64,000 nucleotides of DNA from a bacterium (GCA_030704665.1 JAUYID010000009.1:857702-921701), one strand, 5' to 3'. Positions 1-9,868 are shown, counted from the first letter of the stretch. Notes: a model not told the origin generated them from the sequence alone. Program-made: numbers and translations.

Positions 1-2
1 CG

Positions 3-131
3 CCACAGGGGCATCATGGTCCTCCACCGCCTCCGCCTCATCACGGACCACCTCCACATCATTTGGAGATGATGGAAGCTTTGAGACGAATAGAGGATAA
101 GTTGTCTAGAATAGAAGAAAAGATTGGTTAA
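3..131 (+). CDS. C-terminal fragment of a His/Pro-rich protein (partial, runs off the window start)
   Basis: Frame open from nt 3 to TAA at 129-131: ...PQGHHGPPPPPPHHGPPPHHLEMMEALRRIEDKLSRIEEKIG*. GC-rich; followed by the perfect palindrome GAGTAGGCCTACTC at 139-152. Confidence 0.3.
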   Translation, partial: PQGHHGPPPPPPHHGPPPHHLEMMEALRRIEDKLSRIEEKIG

Positions 132-241
132 ACAAAAAGAGTAGGCCTACTCGAAAATTTAGTTGTACTGAAATTAAGAAACCAGTTTAGGCTATTGTGA
201 CTGAAGTAAAACTATTTAATTACAATAGAAAGGAATCCTCT

Positions 242-667
242 ATGACAGCGAACAAGAAGAAAACCAAGGGATTTTCAGACGAAGAGCGAGACGCAATGAA
301 GGAGCGCACCCTGGAACTGCGGGCAAACAAGGCGGACGGTGAAAGCGCCGTGCTCGCTAAGATCGCCGAAATGCCGGAACCGGATCGCGCCATGGCCAAT
401 CGGATCCATACTGTCATTAAAGAAAGCGCGCCAGAGCTCTCGCCGAAAACCTGGTACGGTATGCCCGCGTATGCTAATAATGACGGCAAGGTCGTCTGTT
501 TCTTCACAGCTGCGTCAAAGTTCAAATCAAGGTACGCGACGCTCGGCTTCAATGATACAGCGAAGCTAGACGAAGGCCACATGTGGCCGACCTCCTTCGC
601 GATCACGAAGTTAACAGATGCCGAAGAAGCAGAAATCACCGCGCTCGTGAAAAAAGCAGTGGGTTGA
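242..667 (+). CDS. DUF1801 (YdhG-like) domain protein
   Basis: Track ORF 197-667. ATG at 242 preceded by AAAGGAA. Sequence (KTWYGMPAY...KVVCFF...[10 protein letters not shown]) resembles the DUF1801 family. GC clearly higher than the core genes. Confidence 0.55.
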   Translation: MTANKKKTKGFSDEERDAMKERTLELRANKADGESAVLAKIAEMPEPDRAMANRIHTVIKESAPELSPKTWYGMPAYANNDGKVVCFFTAASKFKSRYATLGFNDTAKLDEGHMWPTSFAITKLTDAEEAEITALVKKAVG

Positions 668-686
668 GAACAAACCTTTTGTCCTA

Positions 687-2015
687 TTAGGAAGCTCTGG
701 CAAATTCAACTGCGTTATCTGGTTTTATAAATGGCAAGCGATCTTCGATAAAAGCGAATCTTCTGGGGTAATTCTCTTGCAGGTATCTCGAGTTGGTAGT
801 GTAAATTCTGACAGATTCAGCAAAGTCCTCGCTCATTATCGTGTCCTCACCACTTCCATAGATATCAGCGTGCCTTAAAGCGTAATCACTGACAAATTTT
901 CTTCTTAAAGATGATGCCTCGGTTTCAACTATATTCTTATACTGTGTTCGAGCTTCTTGATCTCCTTGAAAACCAAAGCGATGGGCAAACTCATGTGAGA
1001 CCGTACCCAAAATAAAGGCCCTCATTTTATCCTCGTCAGACTCCAAATCTATGTCCGCTAAATAATCATAATCTCCTGGCTTTTCTACCCCAAAGGCCCT
1101 CAACTCAATATGATGGAAACCTCCGTGGTCACCGGCTGTAGCTCGAACCTTGTAAAGGTTTTTGACTTTACTTGGATCATCTACTCCTTCAAGGAACATA
1201 GCAGCTTGAAGATAGCGGTCTCTGTCATCTGCGATCAAGACTACACCCTCCCAGTGAGCAATATTTCTCTGGTGCAGTTCATTTCCTCTTTGAATATCCT
1301 TTTCCCCGATAAATATTTGATACTGATCATTTTTCGAAATCTTTGCAATTTTTGCTTTTCTAACTCCTTCAGGGCTGAAGGTAGCCTGCAAAAACTGCAG
1401 AACTTTCTCATTGGGAATTTTTGGATCTTCGGTAGTTCCAAACCCCTCAATTTTTGGCCCGACTAGGAGCAGTCTTTTCGCCTCTTCGTAGTTCTGAGCC
1501 ATATTATTGACTAGAATTGACTCAACCCCAACCTCTATTTCTGTTCTGTCATCAGGAATCTTATTAGCAATATCATCAACCACCGCCCGGAAGTCTGTCT
1601 CCAAAGAGTTTAACCTCTGATTTTCTTCTTCTGTTGTTAGGCTCAACTCCCGAAGAGATGCCAAACGGTGTCTTCCACTGACCAATACTCTGTTCGATTC
1701 AGAAGAGTACTGGACCCCAAAAAATTTATGATTATACTTTTTTTCTGCTTCAAGAATTCTAGCCTTTACTTCCTCCGGATTCCAACCTTCGTTTGCTTCC
1801 AAAACCTGGATCGCAAACTCGTTGTACGCATCAATTGCCTCTTGTGGAGTAAATTTAAACCCCTCGTCCTCTTTGGAAAACAGAAGCTTGACTCCAAAAG
1901 CAGCTTCAGCTGGTGGTTTGGAAAAATCTTTTTCTTTTCCAGCCCGGAAATTCTCTTGGGCCTTTTTAGCATCAAAATCAATTGCTTCTGGTCCGGAATT
2001 CTCAATTTCACTCAT
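687..2015 (-). CDS. hypothetical cytoplasmic protein with an HExxH zinc-metallopeptidase-like motif
   Basis: 442-aa ORF with no signal peptide. Contains HEFAHRFG (HExxH) and a coiled-coil-like region. No confident family assignment. Confidence 0.45.
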   Translation of the reverse strand: MSEIENSGPEAIDFDAKKAQENFRAGKEKDFSKPPAEAAFGVKLLFSKEDEGFKFTPQEAIDAYNEFAIQVLEANEGWNPEEVKARILEAEKKYNHKFFGVQYSSESNRVLVSGRHRLASLRELSLTTEEENQRLNSLETDFRAVVDDIANKIPDDRTEIEVGVESILVNNMAQNYEEAKRLLLVGPKIEGFGTTEDPKIPNEKVLQFLQATFSPEGVRKAKIAKISKNDQYQIFIGEKDIQRGNELHQRNIAHWEGVVLIADDRDRYLQAAMFLEGVDDPSKVKNLYKVRATAGDHGGFHHIELRAFGVEKPGDYDYLADIDLESDEDKMRAFILGTVSHEFAHRFGFQGDQEARTQYKNIVETEASSLRRKFVSDYALRHADIYGSGEDTIMSEDFAESVRIYTTNSRYLQENYPRRFAFIEDRLPFIKPDNAVEFARAS

Positions 2016-2134
2016 GCTTTGATTATAAGATCTGGATATTTAAAAAGAAACGATCTGGTTCCTAAAGTTAAAGCTTATATAAGCAATTAGAGGCTACCCT
2101 TCTAGCACTTTGGTGTTAAGATAGAAAATAAAAT

Positions 2135-2620
2135 ATGATTGGTAGAGTCAAGTACATGGCAATTTTTGTTTCCATCCTTCTTGCCTTTATGGCGATGTCG
2201 GCTATGGCAGTTGCCATGGAAGGTCAAACCGGTGGAGTCTTTGGTGAAAGGATGCTTTTCGGGTTCTCGGCAGATTTTTGGATTCTTCGGGTAATGGTTC
2301 CACTCTTTCTGCTTCCTGTAATAATTGTTGCCGGTCTTGAATCACGAATAGTTGGAACACTTGCCATTGCTTACGTCATTGGCAGTGTAGTTGAAGATTT
2401 TTTCTGGTTCGTTGTTAATCCATACTACGGTCTGGGAAAGTGGAATAGTACTGACGCTACCTGGCCTAACTGGATTAAAATTGGACCTTTTGAACTACCT
2501 CTTTTCTACCTTATCAGCTTTGCAGTGACGCTAATATTGTGGTTTGTCTTTTTCAAAAATGCCAACAGGGTTAATTTATTTTTTAAGAAGTATTTACCTT
2601 GGGCAACGACTAAACTTTGA
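2135..2620 (+). CDS. hypothetical integral membrane protein (4-5 TM)
   Basis: 161-aa ORF; strongly hydrophobic segments throughout. Confidence 0.4.
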   Translation: MIGRVKYMAIFVSILLAFMAMSAMAVAMEGQTGGVFGERMLFGFSADFWILRVMVPLFLLPVIIVAGLESRIVGTLAIAYVIGSVVEDFFWFVVNPYYGLGKWNSTDATWPNWIKIGPFELPLFYLISFAVTLILWFVFFKNANRVNLFFKKYLPWATTKL

Positions 2621-2797
2621 CTCGCCTCGACATATTCAAAACGCTTCTTTGCTTGCAACCATCTGCCTTTTAAAGCAGCTAGACTCTCCAAATTGGGTTT
2701 ATATTTGGTCAACTTTTTAACATTTTTGCTATCTAGACGTATAATTGTAAAATCCCGAATTCTTAAGAATTGACAGATCAAAAGAAGGAGACTGATC

Positions 2798-3766
2798 TTG
2801 AAGAGGGACCGAGGATACAAGCTAGTGGTACTTTTAGTCGCTACTGGCGTGATCGCTATTGGTGAAAGACTCCGTCACTGGCTCAAGGATACGAAGAGTG
2901 GCCTGCAGCTTGATGACGATGACCCTGCGGGATTTCATCCTCGTGACGAAATCATCTGGAGACTTGCCCAGGCGGTCATTCTTCCTTTGGGTTACCTGAA
3001 GTGGTGGACTGGCACTCTGGAAGTAAGGGGTAAAGAAAACGTCGAGACGGCTATTGCCAGCCGCAAGGGTACCCAAGTAGTGGGGAACCACAAAGCGATA
3101 CCTGATGCCTTCACTCCCCAAACTGCCATCAGGTTTCTCGGGCATGTCCGACTCGCCGAAGACCATTTTCGCTCTGTCATCGGCATGGTCTTCGTCAACC
3201 GCCGACCCATACTCAGCAAAGTTCTTGAAGGTGGGGACTACATACCCATTGTTCCGGAACGAATGCTCGAAAATGAATTCCTGCGCACCCTGACCCCTGC
3301 CGAACGCAAAACGCATTTGAGAAACGCTAGGCGCATCAATTCCGCAGCTTTCCCACTGATGCGAAAGTTCCTTGGCTTGAGGTACTGGACTCTCCTCTAC
3401 CCCGAGGCAACTCGTGTCTTGGAGCCGGGAATGAAAAAAGTCCATGACGGAGTGGCAACTGCCTTGCGACACCCGGGAACGAACCTTCTGCCCGTAGCCC
3501 AGATCGGCACGGATCAGATGTGGAAGCCTGGGAGTTGGCGACCTCAACCGCTGAGCAAAATCACGGTCATCTTTGGTGAACCGATCAGCTCTGAGGAAGC
3601 CGAGACTCGTGCCCGAAAGATCAGCCAACGCTACGGTGTCAGTGAGGATCGAGCCCTGTGCGATCTGGTCATGCGCCGAATTGCTCGACTCATGATCGAA
3701 AACGGTCACCCGCAGTACGCCGGCTTCTACGCCAAACCTCGCCGCGAACGTCTTGGAGTGAGCTAA
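2798..3766 (+). CDS. 1-acyl-sn-glycerol-3-phosphate (lysophospholipid) acyltransferase family protein
   Basis: TTG start with AAGGAG RBS 8 nt upstream. VVGNHKAIPDAF matches the NHxxxxD acyltransferase motif, plus an N-terminal TM segment. GC roughly 55% against roughly 42% in the core genes (estimated by eye). Confidence 0.55.
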   Translation: MKRDRGYKLVVLLVATGVIAIGERLRHWLKDTKSGLQLDDDDPAGFHPRDEIIWRLAQAVILPLGYLKWWTGTLEVRGKENVETAIASRKGTQVVGNHKAIPDAFTPQTAIRFLGHVRLAEDHFRSVIGMVFVNRRPILSKVLEGGDYIPIVPERMLENEFLRTLTPAERKTHLRNARRINSAAFPLMRKFLGLRYWTLLYPEATRVLEPGMKKVHDGVATALRHPGTNLLPVAQIGTDQMWKPGSWRPQPLSKITVIFGEPISSEEAETRARKISQRYGVSEDRALCDLVMRRIARLMIENGHPQYAGFYAKPRRERLGVS

Positions 3767-3876
3767 GGAGGTATGTAAAGTGGTCGAGTAGATCCTGCAA
3801 ACTCGACCACTTAACTTCTTTAAAGCCTTTTGGCTATTTTTGTTGTATATTCAAATCAAGGAGGTGATTCACAAAG

Positions 3877-4092
3877 ATGGCAGAAGAAAATAATTTATTC
3901 AAAGTTCAACATGTTGAAAAGGTAATCAACAACACTGGTTCGGGGGCTATTTACGGTTTGGGCATCATTGGAGCTCTGATTTATTTCTTACAACGAGCTG
4001 ACAGCTTTTGGGCAGTGCTACTGGGAATTGCAAAGGCTGTTTTTTGGCCAGCAGTTATTCTCTATGAAGTTTTGAAGCTTCTAAACTTGTAA
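3877..4092 (+). CDS. small two-TM membrane protein, hypothetical
   Basis: 71-aa ORF; AAGGAGG RBS directly upstream (3862-3868); hydrophobic. Confidence 0.4.
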   Translation: MAEENNLFKVQHVEKVINNTGSGAIYGLGIIGALIYFLQRADSFWAVLLGIAKAVFWPAVILYEVLKLLNL

Positions 4093-4160
4093 GGACGGAG
4101 GATTCGAGAGGTTTCGGAAAATTTTTGTCTACAAAAGCTCTAGCTCTAATTATTTTTTTT

Positions 4161-4946
4161 CTAGTCGGCAGCGAAAACAACGAAGGTAACTAGCTTGTGT
4201 TTCTGACCCAAATCTCTCTGGTAAAGACCCACCCTTCGATTTTTCTTCAGCTCGCGTCCCCACTCTTTTCGAGTCTCAAAATTCTGGTTCTTTTCTCCTT
4301 GGGCTTGTGGAAGTTTTTGGCTGGTAGCTTTGAGGCTAGTGAAACTATCAAGGTGACTATAAATGGTTTCCAGCTCATCATAGTCGTGTTGGTTCGGGTG
4401 TTGGTTAGGCGTCGGCTCACTCGTGTAATCCATGCAACTTCCCAGGGGTAAGTTGTAGAAGTCCTCATCCTGATGATCAAGTCCCAGGGTATGTCCTACC
4501 TCCTGACACATTACCAAATTTCTCCAGCCAGGACTGTTGTAGGTAGAAGTTTTAAAATAGGTATCATTCAGTTTGGTTACTGCTTGAGTGATGTGACCCC
4601 CACTCACCCAAATTTGAGCAAGCCCAAGCCAACCGTTTCTACCGTAGGTGTAGCTACAAACTTCAAGACGCCCAGCTGTCGGCCGACAGCGCCGGGCATT
4701 AGTCGATCCAGCTACAACCGCTAGATCAAGAACTGACGACTGACTCCAGTCAGAGGCGGTAGTCCGCAAATACTGGTCCCAAGCTAGGGAAACGTTGTCT
4801 CCAGTTTTAAGAGTAAAAGGATTGGCTGTTCGTGCCCAATGAAAATTACCCCAAGAGTGGTTTGCCGAAGACAAAGGAGGTGCAATAAGTAAAAAAATCC
4901 AAAAGAAGGATGCTAAAAGCAAAGTTTTTCGGTTTGAAAATTTCAT
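4161..4946 (-). CDS. secreted metzincin-like zinc metalloprotease (variant QExxHxxGxxH motif)
   Basis: N-terminal signal peptide (MKFSNRKTLLLASFFWIFLLIAPPLSSA). Motif QEVGHTLGLDH has the exact HExxHxxGxxH spacing with Q at the first position. A downstream SCMDY looks like a Met-turn. Confidence 0.5.
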   Translation of the reverse strand: MKFSNRKTLLLASFFWIFLLIAPPLSSANHSWGNFHWARTANPFTLKTGDNVSLAWDQYLRTTASDWSQSSVLDLAVVAGSTNARRCRPTAGRLEVCSYTYGRNGWLGLAQIWVSGGHITQAVTKLNDTYFKTSTYNSPGWRNLVMCQEVGHTLGLDHQDEDFYNLPLGSCMDYTSEPTPNQHPNQHDYDELETIYSHLDSFTSLKATSQKLPQAQGEKNQNFETRKEWGRELKKNRRVGLYQRDLGQKHKLVTFVVFAAD

Positions 4947-5087
4947 ATTTTTCTATCTTTACTTTAGCGTTTTTTTTACTCTAAGTCAAACCAAATCTTT
5001 TCACTGCTCGCGTGTGAGACTTCTTCGCTTCGACTTCGCGGTCCCGCGGTTCGGCCGCTATCTTAGTATCAAGTTCAATCCGAAAAA

Positions 5088-5639
5088 TTAAACTCTCTTG
5101 TACATGAGAATATGGTCGTCGTGGCCCTTTTCCAGCTTGACACCGTCGGGAAGTCTGCCATATTCGGAAAAGCCAAACTTTTCATAAATCTGCTTGGCTT
5201 TTTCATTTTTGGCAAAGACTGAAAGTTTAACTATTTCAAGCCCCTTGAGATTTTTCTTCCCTTCCGAGATGACAGTTTCAAAAAACTTCGAGCCAATCCC
5301 TTCGTCGCGAAAACCGCGAGCAATGGAAATTCCCAGGCCAGCAATATGTTGACTGGTTCTGACACCCAAATCCAAATTCACAATTCCAATCAATTTTTCT
5401 CCAAAAAAGGCGAGTAACTCTACCGACCGGCCTTCCTCAACCGCCTCGATTTTCCGCTCAACATATTTTTTCTCTTCCTCAGGCACCAACTCTTCCCCCT
5501 GATAGCTGATGAAGGTTCGTTCCTGGGAGATGACGTTCATGTAGTCACACATTGCCTTTGCATCTCCGTCTTGGATATATCGAATAAGAAAATTTCGACC
5601 TTTTTTACTTTTTCCTTCAAAAACTATTTTTCCTACCAT
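5088..5639 (-). CDS. GNAT family N-acetyltransferase
   Basis: 183 aa; acetyl-CoA binding motif RGFRDEGIGSKFFE (Q/RxxGxG/A-like). Confidence 0.7.
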   Translation of the reverse strand: MVGKIVFEGKSKKGRNFLIRYIQDGDAKAMCDYMNVISQERTFISYQGEELVPEEEKKYVERKIEAVEEGRSVELLAFFGEKLIGIVNLDLGVRTSQHIAGLGISIARGFRDEGIGSKFFETVISEGKKNLKGLEIVKLSVFAKNEKAKQIYEKFGFSEYGRLPDGVKLEKGHDDHILMYKRV

Positions 5640-5653
5640 AAATTCTTCCAGAA

Positions 5654-6628
5654 TTATAATGCTTCACTAGTGTACTTCAAACCTACTTTACCAAGGTGTA
5701 ACCAATAATCGTTCTCCTCGGAGGTGTTTTGGTTAAATTCTCTTTCTTTGGTAGCCCCAATTATGTGGGTCGCGTGAGCGATCTTCACAAATAAAGGTAA
5801 GTATTCCAATTCCTCCTTGGTAAGAGACACAACTTTTTGATATTCCTGCAATGCCAACTTGTAGTTATCCGGAAATGCCTCTAGCTTGTCTTCGTCAAAA
5901 AGGATGTTGCAAAGAAGAACCGCTAGCTCTTGAATCCTTGGGTAGTAATTGCTAACCGAAAAATCAATTAGGAAAATCTCTCCTTTTTTATCTCTGATCA
6001 CGTTAGTTTTGATGATATCTCCATGGACAAGACAATGGGGTAGTGTGTCTAGGTTAATCCGCGCAAAATTTTCTAAGAGCGGTGTAATTAATTGAGCGTC
6101 TTCTTTCTCAAGAAATTTTTCGATTTTTTCGAATTCTTTTGGAAAACTCGTTATCGCCCAACTGTCGTAAATAAACGCGGGTTTGAGATGAATATTATTT
6201 ATCTTGGCTGCTTCACGAACCAGGATTTTTAACTCTTCCTTGTCGGGTACACTTTTTGACTGGTAGAAACTCTCACCGTTAATGAACTCCATGACACAAA
6301 GTCGTATGTCTACCCCATCAAATTTCTTTTGAAAAAAGTAATCCCCACCAAAACCGAGCAATTTTGGATGCTTTACCCCAGCTTCCAGCACTTCTTCAAT
6401 GATTTTCAAATAACGTAGGCAATTGTCGAGATCACGAAAAGTGGCGAAAATTTTAACAAAAAACTTTCCTTTTTCGGTCTCTAGAACAAGGTTAAAATCT
6501 TCATACCCAGAGGTTAAAGTTTTCCAAGAAAAGTATTGACCAAAACCATAGGATAGACAGACCTCCTTGAGCAAAGGTTCAATCTCGCCTTCATAGCCAA
6601 TTCTTTTCTGAAAATCTTTTTCCGTCAT
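5654..6628 (-). CDS. aminoglycoside phosphotransferase (APH)/choline-kinase-like family kinase
   Basis: 324 aa. Catalytic-loop HGDIIKTNVI (HGDxxxxN) and IDFSVS (DFG-like) motifs typical of the APH/HSK-II fold. Confidence 0.6.
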   Translation of the reverse strand: MTEKDFQKRIGYEGEIEPLLKEVCLSYGFGQYFSWKTLTSGYEDFNLVLETEKGKFFVKIFATFRDLDNCLRYLKIIEEVLEAGVKHPKLLGFGGDYFFQKKFDGVDIRLCVMEFINGESFYQSKSVPDKEELKILVREAAKINNIHLKPAFIYDSWAITSFPKEFEKIEKFLEKEDAQLITPLLENFARINLDTLPHCLVHGDIIKTNVIRDKKGEIFLIDFSVSNYYPRIQELAVLLCNILFDEDKLEAFPDNYKLALQEYQKVVSLTKEELEYLPLFVKIAHATHIIGATKEREFNQNTSEENDYWLHLGKVGLKYTSEAL

Positions 6629-6703
6629 AATCTAACTTGCTGGCATTTTAGCACTTTGACACTAAATCCTAAAGAAGATTAAGATTACCTTGGAGGTGAG
6701 ATC

Positions 6704-7087
6704 GTGAAATTTGCTGGACCGATCGTCTTTTCGACACCAGCCGAGGCCGGCCCATCAACTAGACAGGCCGGCCAAAACCACCGGGAGGAATTGAGAAGCT
6801 TCGCTGACCAACTCGAAGCCGAGGAGCCCTCGATCGCACAAAGAGCAACCTTAGCCACGACCTGGTTGCACGACGTTCGTCCTGACATCCGTTTCGGAAT
6901 TGCTTCCGAATTCAACGACGAGCGGTGGGTGATTTTCATTTACCTACCAGAAGAAGACCGAACCAGTTTCCTATACGAATACGACGGGATTCTGAAACGC
7001 TACGGGGGAAACGGTCTGGTCTTTGAGGTTCAGGAGAAGGGAGATTACGATTCGGAAATCTTCGACACCGAACCAATCGAAGTCTAG
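6704..7087 (+). CDS. hypothetical protein (GC-rich ORF)
   Basis: 127-aa ORF overlapped by an 84-aa antisense ORF; the longer + frame was chosen. Followed by a 9-bp-stem hairpin. No family recognised. Confidence 0.3.
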   Translation: MKFAGPIVFSTPAEAGPSTRQAGQNHREELRSFADQLEAEEPSIAQRATLATTWLHDVRPDIRFGIASEFNDERWVIFIYLPEEDRTSFLYEYDGILKRYGGNGLVFEVQEKGDYDSEIFDTEPIEV

Positions 7088-7111
7088 CCTTCCCAAGCGG
7101 AAACCATATCT

Positions 7112-7144
7112 ACAGGTGTGGGACCAATCGCCTCTCACACCTGT
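7112..7144 (+). terminator. stem-loop (ACAGGTGTG-15 nt-CACACCTGT) downstream of 6704-7087
   Basis: Perfect 9-bp inverted repeat seen directly. There is no U-tract, so function as a terminator is uncertain. Confidence 0.3.
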
Positions 7145-7202
7145 AACCAACCATTTGAAAAGTAACTTACTCAGACATTCACAAGATCTTTTTTCGGCCC
7201 TA

Positions 7203-7613
7203 TTAATGAATATGTACAGTGGCCTTTCCTTGACAGGCTTCGCAGTTTTCCCGCCTATTTAACTTTATGTTTAAATCAATTAGAGCTGCAGAGCTTAGGA
7301 ATAGAATACCCATAACCAGAAACAAGATACTCACTCCGGGGGCTGTATTTGCATAGATCACACCTGTTCCACCAGTGATTGAAAGTACTAAGGGATAAAT
7401 ATTATGGTGGCCCCTGTAGCTGAGATAAAAACTCAAGACGCTGATCGATATCAAGCCAATTAAAATTGGTGTGAGTACCTTCGCTAAAGCGAAAAGAAAG
7501 CTAACTTGACCAACCGCTATAAAAGCGGCCGTAAAGGTACAAAGTGGACACATTGCCACCAAGGGGGTTGCAATCCAAGAGACAAAGTTTCCTAGTCCTG
7601 AGAAGTTTTTCAC
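7203..7613 (-). CDS. small integral membrane protein with a CPLC motif (MerT-like?), co-operonic with copA
   Basis: 136 aa; 4 TM-like segments; CPLC in TM1 and CEAC near the C-terminus; overlaps the copA stop by 4 nt. Confidence 0.4.
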   Translation of the reverse strand: MKNFSGLGNFVSWIATPLVAMCPLCTFTAAFIAVGQVSFLFALAKVLTPILIGLISISVLSFYLSYRGHHNIYPLVLSITGGTGVIYANTAPGVSILFLVMGILFLSSAALIDLNIKLNRRENCEACQGKATVHIH

Positions 7614-9868
7614 ACTTCAACCAGACTTTTCTCGGCCCTATTGAGCAAGACTGCATTGGTCGCCACTATTATTGACGAAGCACTCATCAGCAACGCCGAG
7701 ACTTCTGGCCGCAGTGAGATTCCAAAATTCGGATAAAGGATGCCAGCCGCAACCGGTATCGCCAACAAGTTGTAAATTGACGCCCAGAAAAGATTTTGCT
7801 TCATCTTGGTTACGGTTGCTTTAGAAAGACGAATTGCCCGAAGCACATCGACTGGATCGGATTTCATTAAGACGACCTTGGCAGTTTCAATCGCGACATC
7901 AGTCCCTGCACCAATAGCAATTCCGATATCCGCTTGGGCGAGGGCCGGAGCATCGTTCACCCCATCCCCCACCATTGCCACAAACTTTCCTTCTTCCTGT
8001 AGTTTCTTGACATAATTAGCCTTTTCTCCCGGAAGTACTTCAGCGAAGACCCGTTTTATTCCAATCTTTTTAGCTACGGCTTCAGCGGTTTTCTGATTAT
8101 CCCCAGTAATCATTGCCACTTCTATACCAAGTTCAGTTAGTCTTTCAACTGCTCTCTTAGCGGTAGGTTTAATTGGGTCGGCTGCTGCCAATACTGCCTT
8201 TACCAGACGGTTTACGGCCAAAATCATAATCGTATTACCACCTTCCAAAAATTCATCAATCTTCTTTTCCAAGTTGTTTATTTCAACCTGATTTTCTTTC
8301 ATTAATTTAACTGTCCCCACCAAGACTTCTTGACCGTCAACTCTCGCCTTCACGCCTAGACCGGAAAGATTTTCAAATCCCTCAACCTTAGTTGGCAGAG
8401 AAAGTTTGCGATTTTTAATTTCTTCAAGCACTGCCTCACTCAGTGGGTGGGAAGATTTTTCTTCTGCGGCTCCGATTAACCTTAACGCCTCATTTTCATC
8501 AAAGGCTGACACAGTCGCAACTGCGTTTACCCTTGGCTTTCCTTCCGTCAAAGTACCCGTTTTATCAAGAACCACTGCTTCGATCTTTGAAACTTGTTCG
8601 AGAGTTGGGGCGTCTTTAATCAAAATGTTGTGCTTGGCGCCAAGTCCAGTCCCAACTGCTACTGCGGTTGGGGTCGCTAACCCCAAAGCATCAGGACAGG
8701 CAATTACAGTTGTTGATATAGCAAAGGTTAGGGCAAAAAGAAGTGGTTGGCCGATGATGAAGAACCAAACCGCAAAGGTGAGCAGTCCTCCACCAACGGC
8801 AACAATAACTAAGTATTTTGCAAAACGATCGGCTAGTTTTTGCCCCGGAGCCTTGGAGTTCTGGGCAAGCTCGACCATTTTGACAATCTGTGCAAGCGCA
8901 GTATCTTGGCCAATTTTGGTTGCTTTAAATCTAACTGAGCCATTGGTATTTATTGAACCGCCCACTACTTGATCACCTTTTTTCTTGGCAACGGGAATAG
9001 ATTCACCGGTAACCAATGACTCATCAATGGCGGTTTCACCTTCCGTAATCTCTCCATCAACCGGTACCTTGTCACCGGGTTTGAGAACCAGAATGTCTCC
9101 AAGTTTAACTTCAGAAGTTGGAATTAATTGTTCTTTTCCATCACGAACTACCCTTGCTTGTGGAGGAACGAGGGCAAAAAGAGCTTGAAGTGCATCTGTT
9201 GTACCGCGCCTGGATTTCATTTCCATCCAGTGACCAAAGAGTACAAAAGTAATCAAAAGGGCTGCAGCTTCGTAGTAGGAGTCGGCACTGCCTAAAAAGC
9301 TAAGTAAAACACTAAAAGCATAGGCGGCCGTGATACCAACTGCTATTAGTACGGCCATGTTGAGAGTTTTTGCTTGCAGGGCTTTGTAAGTGGAGTAGAG
9401 GAAAATCCAGCCGGAATAGAAAAAGACTGGGGTCGTTAAAATAAACAGTATCCAGGTTGCTGGAATAGGCTCAGGCAAGCTCAATTTGAAAAACTCAGTA
9501 CCTAATGGTGAGTAAGCGATGATTGGACCTGACAAAACCAAAGCGAAGAAAAATTTGTTGCGAATGTCCAGTTCCATGAGTCTGGCCATCTCTCTACCCG
9601 CCAAGCCAGTGTGTTCCATCCCCATACTCATCGTCATACTCATCTTGAACTTTTCCCACCAACCCATTTCCAAGGTAGGTTTCATTTCGTGATCAGCATG
9701 ATCATGACGGTGAATTTCCCCTTCGTTTTTCTCATTCTGACTTCTGACCTCTGACTTCTTAGTTTCCTCCAGCCTCATCCCACATTTTGGACAACTTCCT
9801 GGTTGGTCGGAGACAACTTCAGGATGCATCGGACAGACGTAGGTAATCTTGCGAATTGATTCGCTCAT
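7610..9868 (-). CDS. copA: copper-translocating P1B-type ATPase
   Basis: 752 aa. Motifs DKTGTLT, CPD (CPx), GDGVNDAP and TGE present. N-terminal CPMHPE...CPKCGM metal-binding module and a His-rich stretch HRHDHADHE. Confidence 0.9.
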   Translation of the reverse strand: MSESIRKITYVCPMHPEVVSDQPGSCPKCGMRLEETKKSEVRSQNEKNEGEIHRHDHADHEMKPTLEMGWWEKFKMSMTMSMGMEHTGLAGREMARLMELDIRNKFFFALVLSGPIIAYSPLGTEFFKLSLPEPIPATWILFILTTPVFFYSGWIFLYSTYKALQAKTLNMAVLIAVGITAAYAFSVLLSFLGSADSYYEAAALLITFVLFGHWMEMKSRRGTTDALQALFALVPPQARVVRDGKEQLIPTSEVKLGDILVLKPGDKVPVDGEITEGETAIDESLVTGESIPVAKKKGDQVVGGSINTNGSVRFKATKIGQDTALAQIVKMVELAQNSKAPGQKLADRFAKYLVIVAVGGGLLTFAVWFFIIGQPLLFALTFAISTTVIACPDALGLATPTAVAVGTGLGAKHNILIKDAPTLEQVSKIEAVVLDKTGTLTEGKPRVNAVATVSAFDENEALRLIGAAEEKSSHPLSEAVLEEIKNRKLSLPTKVEGFENLSGLGVKARVDGQEVLVGTVKLMKENQVEINNLEKKIDEFLEGGNTIMILAVNRLVKAVLAAADPIKPTAKRAVERLTELGIEVAMITGDNQKTAEAVAKKIGIKRVFAEVLPGEKANYVKKLQEEGKFVAMVGDGVNDAPALAQADIGIAIGAGTDVAIETAKVVLMKSDPVDVLRAIRLSKATVTKMKQNLFWASIYNLLAIPVAAGILYPNFGISLRPEVSALLMSASSIIVATNAVLLNRAEKSLVEV

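Noticed and set aside
220-639. 139-aa antisense ORF and a 76-aa ORF (339-569) overlapping the DUF1801 gene
   Set aside because: Both lie fully inside a better-supported gene on the opposite strand or in another frame; their composition is driven by the GC-rich sense strand.
1110-2090. Several 60-140 codon ORFs antisense to or overlapping the 442-aa HExxH gene
   Set aside because: Low-complexity, Phe/Leu/Ser-rich translations typical of antisense AT-rich coding sequence.
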